This document shows, one piece after another, positions 29,289 through 38,768 of a stretch of 64,000 nucleotides of DNA. A program made the position numbers and the translations under genes. Positions within the stretch are counted from its first letter, which is position 1; every line of letters begins with the position of its first letter. The notes beneath the pieces are model-generated. The model had not been told where the DNA came from and did no database searches. It saw only the letters and a program-made list of their open reading frames with translations. Source of the stretch: Halarcobacter sp. (GTDB taxonomy: Bacteria > Campylobacterota > Campylobacteria > Campylobacterales > Arcobacteraceae); assembly GCA_048571215.1 (NCBI GenBank), contig CP182352.1, positions 3,328,001 through 3,392,000 on the forward strand. The letters are read 5' to 3'.

Positions 29289-30509
29289 TTATTTAAAATA
29301 TTTTTCCAAACGGTGAAAAAGTCCTTTCCAAGTTTTATCTTCTAAGTGATTTAAAACTTCATTAATATCATATTTTTTATCATCTAAAATTTCAAAACTT
29401 ACTTCATCTATTTTTAGAGTTAATTCTTTTTCAAAAGCATCAATATCCTCAGGATATGGAGTATCTACATTTTTTAGTCTTGGCATTTTTATATATCTTA
29501 TTGCCCCTAATTTTTTCAAATCTTCTCCCATAAACTCATCAAGTCCTGGTAAATCTGTACAGACAACCTTAACACCTGAGGCTATAGCTTCAATAACAAC
29601 TAAAGGTAAACCTTCAAAAAATGAAGGAAGTATAAACATATCGCAAGTTCTTAAAAACACTGCTAATTTTTCTTGAGGTATGGCACCTAGATAATTGATT
29701 GTAGTTTTTCTTTTACTTAAACTTTTTATTATCTCTTCACTCTCTTTTACATTTCCATGACCTATTAAGTTTAGTTCAATATTTTCAAAGTTTTTAGTTC
29801 TATCAATAGCATTAAGCAGATTTGGAACACCTTTATAGTTGCAGATTTTACCCACATAAGCTATTTTGATTTTTTGATTCTTTTCTCTTTTTATGGGGAA
29901 AAACATATCAGGGTTATATCCACTTCCACTTGTAATTACTTGGCTGTTTTTTACATTGTGTAGTTGAAGTATCTCTTCTCTTTGTGCAGAGTTTAAAGCA
30001 AATAGATAGTCACATTTTGGTACAGCTTTTTTTACAATAGGAACCAATCTCGGCGAGCGTTCAAGCTGTCGCAAATCTGTTCCATGGCATAAAACCAAAA
30101 CCTTTAAATTTGGAAATAAATCTTTTATATATCCACATAAAAGCCAAATATGATTACAAATAACAACATCAGGCTTGAACTCTTCCACAGCTTTTTTAAT
30201 AACTTTTTTAAACTCTTGTTCATAAGAGATATACATATTTTCATCTAAATCGCTATATTTAGTACTATCATATGGCATAACATCACTCATACCCACAACT
30301 GGAAAATTAAGCTCTTTTGTCTCAAATAAGATGGGATAAAAGTTATCTTCTTTTAGATTGCCAATATTAGGGTTTTGTTCTTTTATTGGAACCCCTGCAA
30401 TAACAGCTTGCTTGTGTTTTAGTTCATATCCTGTTTTAAATAGTTGTTGTAGAAAAACTCCACTTCCTGTTTTGCCAGGTCTTTGTGCTAAAGCGTGTAA
30501 AATTCTCAT
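29289..30509 (-). CDS. Glycosyltransferase family 4
   Basis: HGTDL, YVGKI..KG, LPSFFEGLPLVVIEAIASG. Confidence 0.88.
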   Translation of the reverse strand: MRILHALAQRPGKTGSGVFLQQLFKTGYELKHKQAVIAGVPIKEQNPNIGNLKEDNFYPILFETKELNFPVVGMSDVMPYDSTKYSDLDENMYISYEQEFKKVIKKAVEEFKPDVVICNHIWLLCGYIKDLFPNLKVLVLCHGTDLRQLERSPRLVPIVKKAVPKCDYLFALNSAQREEILQLHNVKNSQVITSGSGYNPDMFFPIKREKNQKIKIAYVGKICNYKGVPNLLNAIDRTKNFENIELNLIGHGNVKESEEIIKSLSKRKTTINYLGAIPQEKLAVFLRTCDMFILPSFFEGLPLVVIEAIASGVKVVCTDLPGLDEFMGEDLKKLGAIRYIKMPRLKNVDTPYPEDIDAFEKELTLKIDEVSFEILDDKKYDINEVLNHLEDKTWKGLFHRLEKYFK

Positions 30510-30636
30510 TTTTGCCTCTGTATTAATTTTATAAATGAAATAATAACAAATTTATACTTCTTTTAAAAAGTGTGCTAATGATGAGACACTCTTTGGATAA
30601 AATAGATTATAAGGATATTTACAATGAATCTAATGG

Positions 30637-32280
30637 TTAATTTAAATGATATTCCTTTAAAGAATAAAAAGATTGTTTTTTAAGCTCAACTCTATCAAAC
30701 ATATCAAGCATATTGGTATAGTTTGGATGTAGGGTTCTATCAATAAAAAGATCTCGTCCTTCTAAAATAGCTATAGCCTTATCAAGTTGAGTTTTACCAT
30801 AGACATCATAAAGTGAAGTCTCATAATCATCCCAGTTTAGTTCAGCCTCATGCATTCTTATTAGTTCAGATATGATATCAGCTATTTTATTATTGCTAAA
30901 CTGTAGTTGTTGCCGTGCTTCTTCCATCCAAGCTAAACTTAAAAAAAGTTGCGCTTTAAACTCACCCAAAGTAAAATTGTTTTTAAAAATAACACCAATA
31001 TATGCTTCAATATCTAAAGAATCATCTAGGGTTTCTATTGCATCTAAAATATCATTTGTGTCATAGTTTTCAAAATTTAAAACCATATCACGAATCCATT
31101 TACCACTATTTTTATTATTGTAGGTTAAATCTTCTATAGGATAAACCTCTGAAACTTCGGGGACTATCATTTGGCAAGAGTAAAACCCTAAATAGTTATA
31201 TTCTCTTAGATAAATCTCTTTATCCATTTTATTTAAAATATCTAATAAAAAATCATACTCTTGCACGCTACCTTTGCCTTTATATTTCCAAGGTGCAAAT
31301 TCAAAACTCTTTTTTGCACTTAGAAACTTAAAGCCTAGTTTTCCAGTTGAGTCAATAAAGTGTGATTCTATATTGAAACTATCACTTACTATACTCATAT
31401 CAAAAGTGGGAGCTGCAAAGTCATCAAGTTTGTCTATATCTCTTCCTTGCATAAGTTCTGTCATAGTTCGCTCTAAAGAAACCTCTAAAATAGGATGTGC
31501 TCCAAAAGAGACAAAAAGTGTTGAATTTTTGGGATTGATAAGTGAGATAGCTGTTACTGGAAATTGCCCATTAAGTGAAGCATCAAGCACTTCAACTATA
31601 TAACCTAACTCTCTTAGTTTTTTCACATCCGCAAAAACTTTTGGAAATGTTTCTAAAATCTCTTGTGGAAATTTTGGTAGGGCATAACCTTTTTTGATGA
31701 TTTGAATCTTTGTATATCGTTCAAATATCTCACTTAGTGCTTGAACTTTGGCTTCATGGGGCGTATTTCCTGTAGCTAAACCATTGCTAACATATAGATT
31801 ACTTAAAATATTGATTGGAATATATATCTTTTCTTGATTTGACTGCTTAATAAAAGGTAGAGCTACAATCTTATCTGTATAATCACTATTATAATCAATC
31901 AAATCCTCTAGGTTTAATTCCCCATTTGGGTTATAAATAGCATTTAATTTTTTATTTAAATATGCCCCACCAAACTCAAATGCTACTTCATCTGGATAAT
32001 ATTTTCTTTGTGGAAGATAAAAGTCGATAAAAAAATTATTGGTTTGCAATCTTTCAATATATTCTCCATAAGCACTTGCTACTGAGGCTTGTGAGTAGAT
32101 GCCTTTCCCATTTGAGTAGATATGTTTGGGTGCTTCAACTGAGGCTAGGTTGACTGAAAAACAGTTTTCAAGTGGATGTTTCTCTTGTGCAAAAGTAGTT
32201 TCACAGCCAACACTTTCTAAGGCAGTTTTCATTTTATTTATTGATTCTTCTAATGGAAGATTTTTTGATGCTAAATTCAT
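30637..32280 (-). CDS. ycaO: YcaO-family protein (E. coli YcaO-like)
   Basis: SNGKG..ASAYGEYIER, SNGLATGNT..QALSEIFER, FGAHP..SLERTMTELMQGR. Confidence 0.88.
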   Translation of the reverse strand: MNLASKNLPLEESINKMKTALESVGCETTFAQEKHPLENCFSVNLASVEAPKHIYSNGKGIYSQASVASAYGEYIERLQTNNFFIDFYLPQRKYYPDEVAFEFGGAYLNKKLNAIYNPNGELNLEDLIDYNSDYTDKIVALPFIKQSNQEKIYIPINILSNLYVSNGLATGNTPHEAKVQALSEIFERYTKIQIIKKGYALPKFPQEILETFPKVFADVKKLRELGYIVEVLDASLNGQFPVTAISLINPKNSTLFVSFGAHPILEVSLERTMTELMQGRDIDKLDDFAAPTFDMSIVSDSFNIESHFIDSTGKLGFKFLSAKKSFEFAPWKYKGKGSVQEYDFLLDILNKMDKEIYLREYNYLGFYSCQMIVPEVSEVYPIEDLTYNNKNSGKWIRDMVLNFENYDTNDILDAIETLDDSLDIEAYIGVIFKNNFTLGEFKAQLFLSLAWMEEARQQLQFSNNKIADIISELIRMHEAELNWDDYETSLYDVYGKTQLDKAIAILEGRDLFIDRTLHPNYTNMLDMFDRVELKKQSFYSLKEYHLN

Positions 32281-32408
32281 AAGGGTATTCTCGATTCTGT
32301 AGCTATTTTTTTAATGAGAAGTATATCCAAAATAAAGATTTTATCGCTTACAAGCCCAAGTTTATTTGGATATAATGACAATAAATAAGAAAAAAATAAA
32401 GGATTCAT

Positions 32409-32834
32409 TTGGCAAAGGGTAAAAAAGTTGCAATAAAAGAGATTAAGAGCTTAGAGGATAATGATATTTTAATCAATGGAAAAGAGTATATTCTCCTTGA
32501 AGAGTGTGAAGATATACAAAGTGCTAAATTTATGAAAATATCATCAAATGGAAATAGAATATTAAGATTTGAAGATGAAAATAAAATAGCAAAGATAGAT
32601 GTGAAAAGAGATATTGATATTGTAAAATATACCTTCAAAGACCCTCAAAAAGCAGAAAAATTTGCCAAATCAAATGACAAAGGTTTTTTAGCTAAAGAAG
32701 CAAGTAAAGAGGTTATAGGTAATGCCAATTCATACACCAAAGCCAAAGAGATTTTAGCAAATTATAAAAATAAAAAAAGTGTAAACTATGATGCAAATCC
32801 AAATACTTTTTATCTAAGTGAAGAGATTGTTTAG
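32409..32834 (+). CDS. Hypothetical protein
   Basis: 141-aa ORF with AAGGA RBS before TTG, upstream TATAAT, downstream hairpin. Confidence 0.7.
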   Translation: MAKGKKVAIKEIKSLEDNDILINGKEYILLEECEDIQSAKFMKISSNGNRILRFEDENKIAKIDVKRDIDIVKYTFKDPQKAEKFAKSNDKGFLAKEASKEVIGNANSYTKAKEILANYKNKKSVNYDANPNTFYLSEEIV

Positions 32835-32857
32835 CAAATATCTTAGCTTTTAGATTT

Positions 32858-32889
32858 ATTGAAGCAAAGAAAAATTTTTTTGCTTCAAT
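32858..32889 (+). terminator. Terminator hairpin at the left edge of the accessory island
   Basis: ATTGAAGCAAA...TTTGCTTCAAT inverted repeat. Confidence 0.6.
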
Positions 32890-32940
32890 GAATATTTATT
32901 TTTTATCTTCTTTGATGCTCTCATATAGATTATATTATTT

Positions 32941-33296
32941 GTTAGATATAAAGTAAAATCTAGTTTTGAATTATCTTTGAAAAGATGACCTTTTTATGTA
33001 AATAGTATGATATATCATCTTTTTCAAAATTTCCCTTTTAACTTTTTAGATTTTATTGAATCAAATCATTTGGATTGAAATATATACCATTTTGGTATGA
33101 GAATTTATTGTATGAATTGATTCTCAAACAAAATAAGATAGGACGAGAGATTAGTGAAAAAGAAGTGATTGGAGCTATTAAATATTTAAAAAGCCAAGGT
33201 AAGATTGTAAATCAATTAAATATATCGGAAATTATTGGATGTCATTTTACTATACATAAAGGATTTGTACGGATTTATAAAAATCTAAAATCATAA
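32941..33296 (+). pseudogene. tniQ: Probable C-terminal remnant of a TniQ-family protein
   Basis: Broken frames read SMIYHLFQNFPFNFLDFIESNHL / KYIPFWYENLL..REISEKEVIGAIKYLKSQG..VNQ; resemble TniQ C-termini as I recall them; no start or RBS; not database-verified. Confidence 0.5.
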
Positions 33297-33470
33297 ATAA
33301 CCACTTTCTTTAAGTGCTTGGAGACATATACGAGATAAGGACGAGTCAAGTTCTTCTGCCTTATTTTCTAAAATTTTTTTTTGACTTTCTGTAATGTTTA
33401 CAAATATTTTTGCAGTTTTTTTTCTACTTTTAATAGTTTTCGGTCGTCCAACTTTAGGCTTTTTAATCAT
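33291..33470 (-). CDS. Small ribbon-helix-helix-like DNA-binding protein
   Basis: 59 aa from ATG 33470: GRPK, IFVNITESQKKILENKAEELDSSLSRI (beta-alpha-alpha pattern). Confidence 0.6.
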   Translation of the reverse strand: MIKKPKVGRPKTIKSRKKTAKIFVNITESQKKILENKAEELDSSLSRICLQALKESGYL

Positions 33471-33722
33471 TATTAATTCCAAATTATTTTTTACAGTATT
33501 TAATTGTATTATAAAGTATATTAAAGTATAATATATTGAAAAAGAAACCATATTAGTGTGGATGTTTTTATTAGTTAAATTTAGCTAATATTGCGGTTTT
33601 AATTGAAAAGAAAAATAAACATTAAAACACGTCAATATGATTAAAATATTGCAAAATGTAATTAAATTTAAAGATTTCGATTTTTTAATTTACAATTAGC
33701 AAGAAAAATAAAAGGAGAAGTT

Positions 33723-35315
33723 ATGACAATACCAATGAAAATCAAAACATCTGAAAAAACTTTGGGAGATTATTATTGGGCTTATTCTGATATTCTAAGA
33801 GATATAGGAATAAATGAGTCTACTTATGACCAAAGAATAATGGCTTTTATGGCTTTAAAACTTCTTATAGACAATGATAAAATACAATTTAATTTTGAAT
33901 ATAAAAATAAGTTTGGATTAACTACAAAATTATATAACCAATATAAAAAAGAGGATACTAAATCTACATTCTTAAATCTTATTCAAAATATTGAGCAGCT
34001 TGGACAAAAATTAAATTATTTTGAGCAAGATAGCAAATACAATCCAGATGATTCGACAAATATTTTAACTTATCTAAATCATTTTAAAACTTTTGAACTT
34101 GAAAGATATATTCAAGAGCTACCTAATAACCATCTTGAAAATGTACTTGATATATATACTTACAAAGCAAACTTTAGAGACTATCCAAAAGAGCAATATA
34201 AAGATTTATATGAAACCACTATTTCAAGAATGAAAAAACTTAGTGGTGATTTGACTGGTCAGCACTTTACACAAAAATCTATCATACATCTTATGTGTGA
34301 AGTCTCTTCTTTGGATGTGCGAACAAGGGATAAAATAGCTATCTATGATCCTGCTTGCGGGACCTCGAGTATGCTTATGGAGTCAGCTCATTACTTTTAC
34401 AACAAAAATAAAAAACAAAATATAGAAGTATATGGGCAAGAACTTCATGGACAAACTTGGCTGCTAGCAAAAATATTTTTAGAGATAAGTTCACTTGATG
34501 GTAAAAAACAAGGGATCAAAAATACTATAGCTTATGGAAATACTTTAACAAACCCAGCTTTTGCGAATGGTATTAATGGAAGCGAGAGCTTCGATTTCAT
34601 AATAGCCAACCCACCGTTCGGGGTGGATTGGAAACACAACTATGAAGAAGTAGTTCAAAATATGAGATTAGGTAAAAAGAGTGATTTCTTTATAGTAGAA
34701 GATGAAAAAGGAAAGATAGTAACTCCTAAAAAATCAGATGGACAATTTCTATTTATGCAACATATTATCAATCTTATGGAAGCTGAAAAGAACAGAGGCA
34801 AAAAAGCACAAGCTGCTATCATAAGCTCATCTACTCTTATAAGTACTGGTGGTGCTACAAGTAGTGAAGCAAAGATAAGAAAAGCTATTTTTAAGACAGG
34901 ATTTGTAAGTGCCGTACTTGAACAACCAAATGCGATGTTTACTAACACTGACATAAGTTCTCATATATGGTTTTTAGATAGCGATGAAAGTGACAGCGTA
35001 AAAATAGTAAAAGCAGATACAAAAGAAGATGAACTTTGTAGTTCACATCCTATGCCAAACGATAAAATGAAAAATTGTTATAGTGAAAAAAATATAAAAG
35101 ATATTGTCAAATATATTCAAAGAAAAAAAGATTATGAATACATATCTAAAACAATTAAATCAAAAGATAGATGTGAGATAAATATATCAAATGAGATAGG
35201 TTTTAAAGAGACAAATGAAGATGTGAGTTTTGATGAACTTACAAATGAGTTAAACTCACTTATGAAACAGATGTGTGAAGATTTTCAAGATAATCTACTT
35301 TTTGGGATAAAGTAA
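33723..35315 (+). CDS. hsdM: Type I-like N6-adenine DNA methyltransferase
   Basis: HsdM-like N-terminus (YWAYSDILR), GQHFT, YDPACGT, YGQE, FDFIIANPPFG. Confidence 0.88.
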   Translation: MTIPMKIKTSEKTLGDYYWAYSDILRDIGINESTYDQRIMAFMALKLLIDNDKIQFNFEYKNKFGLTTKLYNQYKKEDTKSTFLNLIQNIEQLGQKLNYFEQDSKYNPDDSTNILTYLNHFKTFELERYIQELPNNHLENVLDIYTYKANFRDYPKEQYKDLYETTISRMKKLSGDLTGQHFTQKSIIHLMCEVSSLDVRTRDKIAIYDPACGTSSMLMESAHYFYNKNKKQNIEVYGQELHGQTWLLAKIFLEISSLDGKKQGIKNTIAYGNTLTNPAFANGINGSESFDFIIANPPFGVDWKHNYEEVVQNMRLGKKSDFFIVEDEKGKIVTPKKSDGQFLFMQHIINLMEAEKNRGKKAQAAIISSSTLISTGGATSSEAKIRKAIFKTGFVSAVLEQPNAMFTNTDISSHIWFLDSDESDSVKIVKADTKEDELCSSHPMPNDKMKNCYSEKNIKDIVKYIQRKKDYEYISKTIKSKDRCEINISNEIGFKETNEDVSFDELTNELNSLMKQMCEDFQDNLLFGIK

Positions 35316-36668
35316 ATGATAGGTACTTTAGATAGTCAGGTTATTGAAAAGTTTAAAGAGTTTCAGGATAAAACTGGGAATTATAAACAGTTAAAACTTG
35401 AAGATATTGAGTTTAAACAGGAAATATTAGATAAATTAATTGATATTTTTGACTCACAAAGAGTACCCTTGAGTACTATCGAAAGAAATAAAAGAAAAGG
35501 AAAGTATCCTTATTATGGTGCATCAGGTATTATTGACTATATAGATGATTTTATTTTTGATGGAAAATATTTAATAATCTCAGAAGATGGTGAAAATTTA
35601 AGATCACGAAAAACACCTATCGCATTTTGGGCAATTGGGCAATTCTGGGTCAATAACCATGCACATATTGTTTTAGGGAAAGAAAATATATTATACACTG
35701 ACTATCTAAGATTATTTATATCAAGTAATAAACTGAGCAATTTTATTTCAAATTCATCGCAACCTAAATTATCGCAAGGAAATTTGCAAAAAATACCTAT
35801 TCCTTTACCAAAAGATTATAATGAACAGTATAAATCAATAGATATTCAAAAAGCTATAGTTGAGTTTTTAGAATTTTGGAAAATAAATTATACAGATGTT
35901 TTTAGACAAACCGTTACACATCAAAAACCAATCTTAGAAAAAATCAAAAAAGCTTTAATTCCTGGAACTTTAAGATATGATAAAACTATTGTAAATAGTT
36001 TTAATGAGTTTGCAAAATCAAATAATTATAAAATCAAACTTGAAGAAGTTACATTCAAAAAAATAGATTTTTTTAATATTAAAAAAAATGACTTATTATC
36101 TCCTAAAAAACTAGAAAAAAATCAAAATTTAATTTTACTAAACTCTTCAAATAATGGTTATCCAGTCTATTCTGGTGCTATAGAACCATTGTGTAAAGTT
36201 GATGAGTCAAAGTATCCAAATAAAATATTTGTACCAAATCATCAAAATCTAGATATTTCATTTGCAAATAATGGTGATGGCTCTGCTGGTAGAAACTTTT
36301 TTGTACATACCGATAAATACTTTGTTAATCAAGAGAGAACAGTTATATCATTTAAAAATGATAATGACTTTTATAGTTTATATATTTTAAATCAAATCAT
36401 TAACATGAGAGACAAATATAATATGAATCGTGAAAATCGACCAACGCCAAAAGATTTACCAAAATTTGGTATAGAAATAACTCTTCCATTTCATAATACA
36501 GTTTCTTCATTTGATATACAAAAAATATTAGTTCAATTTTGGGAAATGATTTTAAATAATATAGATGAAAGATTTACAAAATTTGATAATATAGAAAGAT
36601 TAACAGATAAAATCGATGAAGCCTTTTTATATAGAACGTTTAGCAAAATAGAATGGAGAGAAGAATGA
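35316..36668 (+). CDS. hsdS: Type I-like specificity subunit (two TRDs)
   Basis: TRD1 GKYPYYGASGIIDYID..QPKL..IPIPLP..IQKAIVEFL; TRD2 GYPVYSG..ITLP..IQKILVQF. Confidence 0.85.
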   Translation: MIGTLDSQVIEKFKEFQDKTGNYKQLKLEDIEFKQEILDKLIDIFDSQRVPLSTIERNKRKGKYPYYGASGIIDYIDDFIFDGKYLIISEDGENLRSRKTPIAFWAIGQFWVNNHAHIVLGKENILYTDYLRLFISSNKLSNFISNSSQPKLSQGNLQKIPIPLPKDYNEQYKSIDIQKAIVEFLEFWKINYTDVFRQTVTHQKPILEKIKKALIPGTLRYDKTIVNSFNEFAKSNNYKIKLEEVTFKKIDFFNIKKNDLLSPKKLEKNQNLILLNSSNNGYPVYSGAIEPLCKVDESKYPNKIFVPNHQNLDISFANNGDGSAGRNFFVHTDKYFVNQERTVISFKNDNDFYSLYILNQIINMRDKYNMNRENRPTPKDLPKFGIEITLPFHNTVSSFDIQKILVQFWEMILNNIDERFTKFDNIERLTDKIDEAFLYRTFSKIEWREE

Positions 36669-38752
36669 TAAATCAAAATGTATATAATCAAATTGATTCT
36701 TTTGTTGAAAAAAGAGTAGGAAAATCAAAACTCCATGAAATTAAATTTTATGTTGATAGTGAAACAGCAAAAGACAAAGCCTCCTTTGTAAAATTTCTTG
36801 TAGATAATAATGAAATAATTGAAAAAGGGAAGGCATATAAAACCATAGATTTGTGCTATGGTAGTGGAAATTTAACAACACATATTTTAGGTGATTGTGA
36901 TATTAAATTTTCTGAATTAGTTCTTAATGATGTGAATACAGACGATAGAAATAATGCAATCCTGATAGGCTCAAAGCAAGATGATGATTTTTTAGATGCT
37001 ACAAAATTTACTACTAAATATGATTTAATTGTATTTAATCCCCAAATTGGTGGTAAAGATACCTATCCTAACGGTATAGTCGAATTTGAAAAAATAGAAC
37101 CTATTATTTATAATAGCACTTTTGAAGATTATTTAATTTCTCAAGGAATTGATATAAATTTATTAGATATCTCAGTTGATGAAAATGAAAAAAGTATTTT
37201 AGTACACTCAGATGACATGACAAAATCTCAGATGAATGAGTTTTTTAAAAATATAAAAATATTTAATTATTACAATGTTTTTTATAAGTCTAAAACATCG
37301 AATACTGAAGGTAAATCAACAAAAATAGTTCAATTTAGAAAAACACTTGAAAATATTTCACATAAAAATAGTATTGTTATATTTTACGGAGAGATGAATT
37401 ATTTTAAATATTTATTTGCTGATTATACAAATATAAGATTTTATCTGCAAGACTCAGGGAAACAACTATTTGTTCTTGCAAAAGGTGAAAGCTCTAAAAA
37501 GTGTTATGAAAAAATAGAAAACCAATTTATAGAAAATGAAAATTGTGAAATAGAAAAAAATTCTGATGATGAAGATTTAGATATTGTAAAACTTATGGAA
37601 AAATTAGAAGAAAATAAAACAGAAAATAATTCTAGTGGTCTTCTTCAATCAGAATCATTAACTGTAACTAGTGTACAAAATGATAATGAGGAAAAATTCA
37701 AACAATCTAAATTTTCAAATGAACCAAAAGGTAATTTAATTTTTGAGTATAAGAATATACTTTTAAAGGGAGTCCCTGGTACTGGGAAAAGTGAAACTAT
37801 AAAAAATATAATTACTAATAAGTTAGATATGAAAGAGTTAGCTAATAATGTACTTCGTATTAATATTCATTCTGCTTCATCAAATAGTGACCTTATGCAG
37901 GGTATTTCAATCTCAACAACAAAAGATAATGAAAATGTACTTTATAGAGAAAAGCAAGGGGCTGTTTTAAATCATATCTTTAAAGCTATATATAAACCAA
38001 AGCAGCCTTTTGTATTAGTTCTTGAAGAGATACAAGAAAATAGTTTAAATGAGTTGATTGGAGATTTGATTTATCTTATTGAAGATAAAAAAAGAACGAT
38101 TGTAGATTTGGATATCCCTAATAATACCGAAATAGTTTATGATGAACTATTTGAAAAGATTAATGAAAAATCTAAAGAAAATGGTAGCTCTTTAGATTAT
38201 GTAGAATTACCAAGCTTAGTTGAAAATAGTCAAAACAATACAAAAATGATAGTGCCTGATAACCTTTTTATCTTTTGTACTTCAAATTATAGAGATGATA
38301 AAAAAGTGATAGAGGATAATCTTTTAAGAAGGTTTGATGTAATAGAGATATACCCTAAATATAACGGTATATATAAATCTGAAGATATACCAAAATTTTT
38401 AGAAAAACTAAATAATCAAATATTAGAACAGTTTAAAGATGAAATTCATCCTGATAGATATTTGATAGGTCATGCCAATTGGATTGACATACAAAAAGAT
38501 AATGAAGATAGTCAAATTACATTTTACAAGGCACTACTAAAAGTCATTATTGAGTTTAAGGAGATAAGGGAAATAGACTTTGATAGTGAAGTAAAACCTA
38601 TATTAGAAAAGGTCTTTAAAAATATAAAATCAATCTCTGATAGGCTGGATCAATACTTGAAAATATTTTATAATGATGACAAGTTAGAACTAAAATCTTA
38701 TAAGCATATTGTAGATCTCTTACAAAAAGAAATTTATAAATCATTTTTATAA
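36665..38752 (+). CDS. mcrB: McrB-family AAA+ GTPase with an N-terminal methyltransferase-like domain
   Basis: Walker A GVPGTGKS, Walker B LVLEEIQ, VPDNLFIFCTSNYRD (NxxD), LLRRFD, IGH; N-terminal IDLCYGSGNL and YDLIVFNPQI; ATGA overlap with hsdS. Confidence 0.8.
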   Translation: MINQNVYNQIDSFVEKRVGKSKLHEIKFYVDSETAKDKASFVKFLVDNNEIIEKGKAYKTIDLCYGSGNLTTHILGDCDIKFSELVLNDVNTDDRNNAILIGSKQDDDFLDATKFTTKYDLIVFNPQIGGKDTYPNGIVEFEKIEPIIYNSTFEDYLISQGIDINLLDISVDENEKSILVHSDDMTKSQMNEFFKNIKIFNYYNVFYKSKTSNTEGKSTKIVQFRKTLENISHKNSIVIFYGEMNYFKYLFADYTNIRFYLQDSGKQLFVLAKGESSKKCYEKIENQFIENENCEIEKNSDDEDLDIVKLMEKLEENKTENNSSGLLQSESLTVTSVQNDNEEKFKQSKFSNEPKGNLIFEYKNILLKGVPGTGKSETIKNIITNKLDMKELANNVLRINIHSASSNSDLMQGISISTTKDNENVLYREKQGAVLNHIFKAIYKPKQPFVLVLEEIQENSLNELIGDLIYLIEDKKRTIVDLDIPNNTEIVYDELFEKINEKSKENGSSLDYVELPSLVENSQNNTKMIVPDNLFIFCTSNYRDDKKVIEDNLLRRFDVIEIYPKYNGIYKSEDIPKFLEKLNNQILEQFKDEIHPDRYLIGHANWIDIQKDNEDSQITFYKALLKVIIEFKEIREIDFDSEVKPILEKVFKNIKSISDRLDQYLKIFYNDDKLELKSYKHIVDLLQKEIYKSFL

Positions 38753-38768
38753 AAAATGAGTTGTTAAG

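Noticed and set aside
30637..32280. RiPP biosynthetic cluster around YcaO
   Set aside because: Stand-alone E. coli-type YcaO; no precursor peptide, E1-like, TfuA or dehydrogenase partner nearby
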